From contig JBMFWF010000003.1 in the NCBI GenBank assembly GCA_049965555.1, forward strand, positions 1 through 63,453: DNA of 63,453 nt, in the 5' to 3' direction. Shown here piece after piece: positions 57,548 to 63,453 of this stretch. The position numbers and the translations under genes are program-made. This DNA is from Candidatus Parvarchaeum sp. (lineage in GTDB: Archaea; Nanobdellota; Nanobdellia; Parvarchaeales; Parvarchaeaceae). Every line of letters starts with the position of its first letter. Position 1 is the first letter of the stretch. A model generated the notes under the pieces. The model worked only from the letters and a program-made list of their open reading frames with translations. It was not told where the DNA came from and did no database searches.

Positions 57548-58336
57548 TCAAACCGATGGCAAAGAAGAAGAACAGACAGGAGCTGCATTGTTTATATCTT
57601 TGCATATCATTGCGGTTATATAATCAGCTTCTTCCGTTATTCCTTTGTTTATTGTAGAACCTGTAGTATTGAATTGATTTATTATATAACTAGGCATATA
57701 TCCCGTTCCATTAGAAGCAAATATTATTGGGAGCCCATTACTTACCAGGCTAGAACCCGCCCCAACCTCGAAGAAGGTTCCTCCTATTAGCGAAAAAGGA
57801 ACTGCTCCCTGCGGATCATATTTTGTTGCGTACTTGCTCTCTAAAGGAGTAAAAGTTTCTAGGGGAGATGGATTAGGGTACTGATCATTATAAAGCTCTT
57901 CGGAAGTGAAATTAACATATTTTGATGTATAAATTAAATGAGGATTAAGAAAATTAAGCGTCCAGTCTCCCTCATATGCATGATAAAATAGGGTATTAAT
58001 CTGAGGAAGCTGCGAATAATTCATTACTGGCAGGGTGCTTATAGTAACGGGTTTGCCGTAATAGCTCCAATTTCCAAAATTACTTAATGCGTCAAAAAAT
58101 GCATACCTTTCTATAGCACAGTACTCACAACCTTCAATACCTGCAAAATTTACCCACAATTTACCGTTATTTATTATTGGAGCTGCGCCATTTATGCTAA
58201 ACCAATTGTTTCCAACACTCTTTGTGGCAGAACCATTAACGAAAAAGAACAGATACAAAACTACTACTATTATTACTGCTAATAAAACCGCAAACATGTA
58301 AATTAAGGTTTTGAGCTTAAACTTTAAACTATCCAT
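57548..58336 (-). CDS. DUF929-like membrane-anchored thioredoxin-fold protein
   Basis: N-terminal TM, GCEYCA.ER, ALSNFG, KYDP.G.VPF..IG. Confidence 0.75.
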   Translation of the reverse strand: MDSLKFKLKTLIYMFAVLLAVIIVVVLYLFFFVNGSATKSVGNNWFSINGAAPIINNGKLWVNFAGIEGCEYCAIERYAFFDALSNFGNWSYYGKPVTISTLPVMNYSQLPQINTLFYHAYEGDWTLNFLNPHLIYTSKYVNFTSEELYNDQYPNPSPLETFTPLESKYATKYDPQGAVPFSLIGGTFFEVGAGSSLVSNGLPIIFASNGTGYMPSYIINQFNTTGSTINKGITEEADYITAMICKDINNAAPVCSSSLPSV

Positions 58337-58386
58337 CCTAAGTACAATATTTAAAAGCATATAAATTTTGCTAATTTATTTAGTAT

Positions 58387-59421
58387 ATGGAAATAAAACT
58401 AGAGTATGACGATGAAAGGGGCATATACCTATTAAACAAAATCCGTGTGCTGGTCTTACCAAAAGGCAGCCTTGAATCGCTGCAAAACTCCGTTAATATA
58501 ATACTTGGGCTTGCGACTAAAAGCATATTCCAAGAGGTTTCATCTACTGTTTTTTACTCTTTTTTGCAGGATTTAATAAAAAGAAAGTCAATAAAAATTA
58601 GAGGAGAAGAAAAAACAGAAATAGAGATATTTGACCTCTTCAAAGAAATGGGTTTTGGAAGAATAAATAAGGTATCCAGTGATTTAAATGTTTACAAAAT
58701 AAGTATAGACGGCAGCGCAAATTCATTTCTGAATCTGATATCGAATTCCCCTTACTGCTTTAACAGCATAGGCATGCTAACGGGGATTTATAGAATAATC
58801 ACAAATAGAGATGTAGAGGTCACTGAGGAAAAATGCAGAAGTACTGGCGATTCGGACATTGATTATTTTAATATAGACGTAAAAGATTCAAAGAGCGAAT
58901 ATTCATACATCCCTTCTCAAATATTCGATGAAAAAAATGAAAACTTAAGGACGGTAGAAATAACCAAGGATGAAACGGATATTTTTATAAATTCAATCCC
59001 TTCTGAGATAGTGCCTGTTGTTTACTTTCCTTATCTTTTCAGTAAATTAAGAAAGATAATTGGGCAGGGAGTATATGGAGTAGAGAATCAAGCGGGTAAA
59101 GAGCTTGTAAAGCTGTACCAGCAGTATAATCTTCAAGTTATAAAAGATAAATACGGTTTAAATGATCTAAGTATAATATCTGTTCTAAGCGGATTCGGAA
59201 AGATAAAAACATTGAAAAATAATTTAGGGTATTTTTTAGAAGTAGATGTGTACAATTCATTTAATGCGCTGCATGTTGATGATGCAATAGAAAAGAGATG
59301 CTTTCTTTTGGGAAGCGTGCTTTCTGGCCTTTCATACAAAATAACCGGGACAATGCTAAAATTAAACGAAAAAGAGTGCTCAGCTATTAATAATGAAGTC
59401 TGTAAATTTTCGTTTGAGTGA
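58387..59421 (+). CDS. Tandem V4R-domain protein
   Basis: Two units of GFG.I...C...G.L.G...E..C. Confidence 0.75.
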   Translation: MEIKLEYDDERGIYLLNKIRVLVLPKGSLESLQNSVNIILGLATKSIFQEVSSTVFYSFLQDLIKRKSIKIRGEEKTEIEIFDLFKEMGFGRINKVSSDLNVYKISIDGSANSFLNLISNSPYCFNSIGMLTGIYRIITNRDVEVTEEKCRSTGDSDIDYFNIDVKDSKSEYSYIPSQIFDEKNENLRTVEITKDETDIFINSIPSEIVPVVYFPYLFSKLRKIIGQGVYGVENQAGKELVKLYQQYNLQVIKDKYGLNDLSIISVLSGFGKIKTLKNNLGYFLEVDVYNSFNALHVDDAIEKRCFLLGSVLSGLSYKITGTMLKLNEKECSAINNEVCKFSFE

Positions 59422-59458
59422 GTATAATTATTAATATTAATTAAGCAATCATAATCTT

Positions 59459-59530
59459 GGAGCTATCGCCCAACAGGAGGGCACACGACTGAAGCTCGTG
59501 ACGGTGAGGGTGCAAATCCCTCTAGCTCCA
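59459..59530 (+). tRNA. tRNA-Phe(GAA), non-canonical T loop TGCAAAT
   Basis: GGAGCTA/TAGCTCC acceptor, CACGA-CT-GAA-GC-TCGTG, GAGGG/CCCTC T stem. Confidence 0.88.
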
Positions 59531-59560
59531 TTTTATCGATAAAACCAGGTTTTTCTAAAT

Positions 59561-60334
59561 TTACTGTTCTTTGCATTTTATGCTTTTAACAACCCTGTTA
59601 AAAGCAGTTTCAACAGCGGATATTGAACTATTTTGTGAAGCCAGGGCGAAGACCATACATACTGTTTTACCTGTTATAGATATAGCTACTTTAACGTATT
59701 TGAAAGATAAGTTTTGGATCTGCGGTATCTTTATATTTCTGTCGGTTATTGCAACCCCCTGCTTTCCTGACATGTTGATATAAGAATAATTTAAAGTGTT
59801 TATTTTAAATGAGCTTAAAAACCCACCTACCTGATTTATATTGGTTGAATTTGAAAAATTGCTTGGCACTTTGAAATTTGATACCAAAACCAAATTGACA
59901 TTTTTTACTAATTTTGTTATGGTTGCAAGGCTTAAGTTCTTTGATATAGCGCCTGAGATTACGCTTGGGATATCTGATATTATGTTAGATATATATGAAT
60001 TCGGGATTATTATGGCAATAGAAGAATTCGTAATTTCATTTGATATGCCTTTAGAAAAACTATTATTCTGCGACAGTATTGGCACGCCATTAACAACAGA
60101 AGGAGAAAAAATTAACCAATTGCCTGGATAAGAAAAGTTGGCGCCATTTGAGACAAAAGTATTATTAACGCTTGAACTTTTAAAGAAAGATGTTATTGAC
60201 TGACCAATAAGGCCAGCTACCTCTGGGGCGTTTATATTTATTATATATGTAGATATAAGAGAGAAAACAATTATCGCAATTATGATATAAAAGATTATTT
60301 TTATAACGCCCATGTGATTATAAATAAAAACCAA
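59561..60334 (-). CDS. Membrane-anchored PsbP/DcrB-like protein (tentative)
   Basis: N-terminal TM, FSYPGNW, MSGK.G, FN.VVKSIK. Confidence 0.55.
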   Translation of the reverse strand: MVFIYNHMGVIKIIFYIIIAIIVFSLISTYIININAPEVAGLIGQSITSFFKSSSVNNTFVSNGANFSYPGNWLIFSPSVVNGVPILSQNNSFSKGISNEITNSSIAIIIPNSYISNIISDIPSVISGAISKNLSLATITKLVKNVNLVLVSNFKVPSNFSNSTNINQVGGFLSSFKINTLNYSYINMSGKQGVAITDRNIKIPQIQNLSFKYVKVAISITGKTVCMVFALASQNSSISAVETAFNRVVKSIKCKEQ

Positions 60335-60378
60335 AATATAAACCTTATTAAGCTTAGTAAAAGCGCTTATCCAAAAAT

Positions 60379-61116
60379 TTAGACTATTTTTGAGTATATT
60401 ACACCTTTATTATCTTTGAAATTCAAATCAAACTCTAAGCGATAAATTAAACCTCCTGAAATTAATTTGATGCTTTTATCTTTCTGCATTATCTTTAATT
60501 CCTTTTTTTTATTTATGTAATAATCCTCTATATTTTTTATCATCTCTTTATTCTCAGTATAAGAGTTACTTGCCTTATTTATAAAAAGTATATCATCAAG
60601 TTTAATGCTTCCATTTTTTAGCCCATCTTTTAATAAATTATAAGTAACATGGTAAGAAGACCCCTGGTCCTTTATATAAACATCAGATATTTTCCCATTG
60701 AACAGGTTCAAAATATAAAAGAATAGCTCATCGTGATAGTCTTTCTCAGGTATTATCCCTTCATACCTTAAATCTAAGAAATTTGCTTGCCTATGTGCTT
60801 CTTCATGCTTAATTATGCTGTCTTTTATGAACGTAGAATCTACTTTATCAGTGTATTTAACGGTAACAAAGTCCTCTTTATCATGTTGTTCATCTACAGG
60901 TTCAAATATATTAATTGTTAGATTTTTATTCAAGCTCCTAAAAACATCCTTCTTGATTATCACCTTATCTCTTTTTACGCTGTACTCGGCCATCCCGTCT
61001 GAATATTTTAGTTCGCGTATCTCATATTTAGATGGAGAAAATGCGTTGTTATACTTAAAATTCGTCTCATTTGAAACCTCTGAAAGAAGTTTTTCTAATA
61101 TTTTTCTATTATTCAT
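60379..61116 (-). CDS. SprT-like zinc metalloprotease, paralogue of 11314-11862
   Basis: IKHEEAHRQ...DYHDELF. Confidence 0.62.
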   Translation of the reverse strand: MNNRKILEKLLSEVSNETNFKYNNAFSPSKYEIRELKYSDGMAEYSVKRDKVIIKKDVFRSLNKNLTINIFEPVDEQHDKEDFVTVKYTDKVDSTFIKDSIIKHEEAHRQANFLDLRYEGIIPEKDYHDELFFYILNLFNGKISDVYIKDQGSSYHVTYNLLKDGLKNGSIKLDDILFINKASNSYTENKEMIKNIEDYYINKKKELKIMQKDKSIKLISGGLIYRLEFDLNFKDNKGVIYSKIV

Positions 61117-61184
61117 ATTTTATATAAGAATAAATCTGAATTAAAACTTTAAAAGTATTTAAGCCAGGGTGCCAATTTAATATT

Positions 61185-61385
61185 ATGTTCGGAAGCATAC
61201 CTGATTGGATAATAGTTATAGTTGCGGCTATACTTCTGTTTGGCGGTGCGAGCAGGATTCCGCAGCTATTTAAAAGCTTTGGAAGGGCTATGGGAGAATT
61301 CAAACGCGGGCAGATGGAAGTCGAAAAAGAACTTAAAGAAGAATTAGCGAATAGCAATAAAGAAGAAAAACAAGAGAAAAAATAA
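61185..61385 (+). CDS. tatA: Twin-arginine translocase TatA
   Basis: LLFGG..IP.L..S.G.AMGEFKRG. Confidence 0.92.
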   Translation: MFGSIPDWIIVIVAAILLFGGASRIPQLFKSFGRAMGEFKRGQMEVEKELKEELANSNKEEKQEKK

Positions 61386-61417
61386 AAGGTTAAATCAATT
61401 AAAATTTTCTTCTTATA

Positions 61418-62224
61418 ATGTATAGAAAACTACTTCAGCATTTAGAGGAGCTTTTTAAACGTATAAAAATAGTTATATTTTTCCTGATAGTATTTTTGCT
61501 TTTTTACATGATCATTGGATTCCATATTTCAAATCTCTACGGTTTGTACCTTCCAATACCTTACATATCAATATTCTCTAGCTCTGCGATAGAATTTTTA
61601 AAATTTGTATTAAATAGTGAAATCCCAAAAGGATTGTTAGTGATAAATGTAAATGTATATGGGCCGATACTTGCTGACATAACTGCCGATTTATTTTTGG
61701 CCATTTTGACTACAAGTCCGCTAATAACATACGAGATACTTCTTTTTGTATACCCCGGGTTAAGAAAGAAGGAGAGGAAAACGCTAAGAAATGCCCTTTT
61801 ACCTGCTGTGATATTGTTCTTCGCAGGGGTCTTTATCTCTTTTAAATTTCTAATACCCTTCATATTGAAAGCCGTGCTTCTTTTTGCAAAGGCGATGAGC
61901 ATACAGCCAACAATCAGCATAAGCTCCTTTATAAGTATGGCTCTTTGGTTTACAGTGGGTGTAGGCATTGCTTTTGAATTGCCGGTTATAATGGCCGGTT
62001 TGACCAGCGCAGGCATTGTAAGGTATAGCACTTGGAAAAGATACTGGAGATACGGCATACTTGTATCTTTTGTAATAGCTCTGGTGATATCGCCAGGAAC
62101 ATCCGGAGGCCTAATAGAATTGACTATAGGGTTTATATTCTCAGGACTTTATCTCTCTGGGATAGTAGCGGCTAAATTTATTGAAAGAAAAATTAATAAT
62201 CGGGAAGCAAGGAAAGAGAAATGA
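61418..62224 (+). CDS. tatC: Twin-arginine translocase TatC
   Basis: HLEEL..R, P...YE...F..PGL...E, FELP, WRY. Confidence 0.9.
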   Translation: MYRKLLQHLEELFKRIKIVIFFLIVFLLFYMIIGFHISNLYGLYLPIPYISIFSSSAIEFLKFVLNSEIPKGLLVINVNVYGPILADITADLFLAILTTSPLITYEILLFVYPGLRKKERKTLRNALLPAVILFFAGVFISFKFLIPFILKAVLLFAKAMSIQPTISISSFISMALWFTVGVGIAFELPVIMAGLTSAGIVRYSTWKRYWRYGILVSFVIALVISPGTSGGLIELTIGFIFSGLYLSGIVAAKFIERKINNREARKEK

Positions 62225-63092
62225 AGGAGATTATTAGCAAAAATATAAGCTCAGCGACGTAATAATAGTAATTTAAATTAACGGAGTTTACCGAAAAGAA
62301 ATAGACAAGGCCAAATAAAACTTCCACTAAAAACAGCAAAGCAGAAAAAAGCGAAAGTCTTTCTCCTGCCCTGTTTTTAATGTAAATAAACAGGAGTAAA
62401 GCAATTGATATTAGACTAAAGATCAAGTAAGAGAACCCTGCAACTGAGTAAAAAGATAATATGGGCATGTAACTTTTATATGAACTATACAGTATAAAAA
62501 AATAAGGTACAAAAGCCAAAGATAATGTTAACCACTTTAGATAGTATACAAAATCGTAGCTTTTCTCCAATTTTTTAGGTATTAAATTTTTAATCTTTAG
62601 AGACTTTAATTTACTAAGATTTTTTAATTTCGATGTTAAAAAGCTAAGCATGGAAATAGGATCGAATAACTCCCCACCAAACTTTATAGCTTTCATTACA
62701 TAAACAATATTGACAACAGAAAACAGGAATATAAAAAAGAAGGATGAACCCATAGTTATAGAAAAGATATTATATCCAGTAAAGAAGAATTCTATTCCTG
62801 CAATAGCAGCTAATAATGAGAATACAAGTGTAATAGCAGATAAAAGCGCGATATCAAGCATGTCTTCGAGAAAGGCAAGAACTGTAACTGCTACGCTTAT
62901 TGAAACCACTAAAACGGCAAGTGAAACATGTGCTGCAAATACTATCTGTGTAAAAGATAAAACTGAAACAAATATGTGAGTATAAAACCCTGCAATGTAT
63001 ATGGCTATTAATAAACCTACCTGCAAGTATAATAGGTATAGAATCGACCTTCTAAGGTAGTTTGATCCATCATAAAATTCTTTATTTTTCAT
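62193..63092 (-). CDS. Multi-pass membrane hypothetical protein
   Basis: About eight TMs; converges on and overlaps tatC. Confidence 0.7.
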   Translation of the reverse strand: MKNKEFYDGSNYLRRSILYLLYLQVGLLIAIYIAGFYTHIFVSVLSFTQIVFAAHVSLAVLVVSISVAVTVLAFLEDMLDIALLSAITLVFSLLAAIAGIEFFFTGYNIFSITMGSSFFFIFLFSVVNIVYVMKAIKFGGELFDPISMLSFLTSKLKNLSKLKSLKIKNLIPKKLEKSYDFVYYLKWLTLSLAFVPYFFILYSSYKSYMPILSFYSVAGFSYLIFSLISIALLLFIYIKNRAGERLSLFSALLFLVEVLFGLVYFFSVNSVNLNYYYYVAELIFLLIISFISLSLLPDY

Positions 63093-63453
63093 AACTCCTC
63101 AGTGAATTGTTGTCATTTAATACATAATTGAAGTAATGGTATATCCATACACCTATTCCCCACAAAAGCAGTATTATGCCAATAAAGACGCCTGCCAAGT
63201 TCGATTGCAGGCCGGTAGATGGAAGGGTATAAGTGAATACGCCAATAGGAGCTGTAGCCAAAAATATAATTATCATAGCGATTACACAGATCTTTTTTCT
63301 TTTGTCTATCTGTTTTTCGGATATCCTAGCCCTTTTAGGTACGCTAGTAAGCAAAGAAGGCAGGAAGTACCATGAAATAAGAGCAGACCAAGATAATGTT
63401 ACGACGCTTAGCCCCAGGCCTATAAGGCTAAATTTGTATATTGTATCGCCTAC
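63082..63453 (-). CDS. Membrane hypothetical protein (5'-partial)
   Basis: Frame open to the window end: VGDTIYKFSLIGLGLSVVTLSW... Confidence 0.65.
   Translation of the reverse strand, partial: VGDTIYKFSLIGLGLSVVTLSWSALISWYFLPSLLTSVPKRARISEKQIDKRKKICVIAMIIIFLATAPIGVFTYTLPSTGLQSNLAGVFIGIILLLWGIGVWIYHYFNYVLNDNNSLRSYEK

Noticed and set aside
348-63375. Numerous 60-190 aa ORFs antisense or out of frame to recognised genes (e.g. 348-689, 12000-12566, 16615-17115, 32724-33182, 61561-62058)
   Set aside because: They lie within confidently identified genes and have the S/F/I/L-rich composition of shadow frames.
1-63453. CRISPR array, rRNA or provirus
   Set aside because: No regularly spaced direct repeats, long GC-rich structural RNA, integrase, capsid or terminase genes were recognised by eye.

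Overview
AT-rich, gene-dense archaeal chromosome segment, most consistent with an acidophilic DPANN archaeon of the Parvarchaeota/ARMAN type. This is an inference from archaeal core genes (spt5, rpl11, rpoN, radA, dys), CCA-less tRNAs, QSALEYMMTYGW class III signal peptides, cytochrome bd and DUF929. The window holds about 65 CDS and six tRNAs (Cys with intron, Lys, Val, Pro, Gly, Phe). It also carries a type IV pilus-like ATPase/TadC operon, two pilin-like adhesins sharing an N-terminal cassette, cydAB, a malate:quinone oxidoreductase, gatCAB with a bacterial-type aspS plus a separate archaeal aspS, a glycosylation cluster, tatAC and an internally deleted IS200/IS605 (tnpB) element. No CRISPR array, rRNA, integrase or reverse transcriptase was seen. 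Strongest unexplained signals: (1) about 11 unrelated, mostly orphan proteins share an N-terminal L-[EDNS]-x-[LI]-[LIV] motif, and three of them also end in a proteasome-docking-like HbYX/HbFX tail, suggesting a possible effector-export system; (2) a (CA)5 tract frameshifts the LamG adhesin away from its promoter-proximal ATG, a possible phase-variation switch; (3) a NadM-DUF488 fusion; (4) an eS26-like ribosomal protein. All family calls come from motif recognition by eye; no database searches were run.
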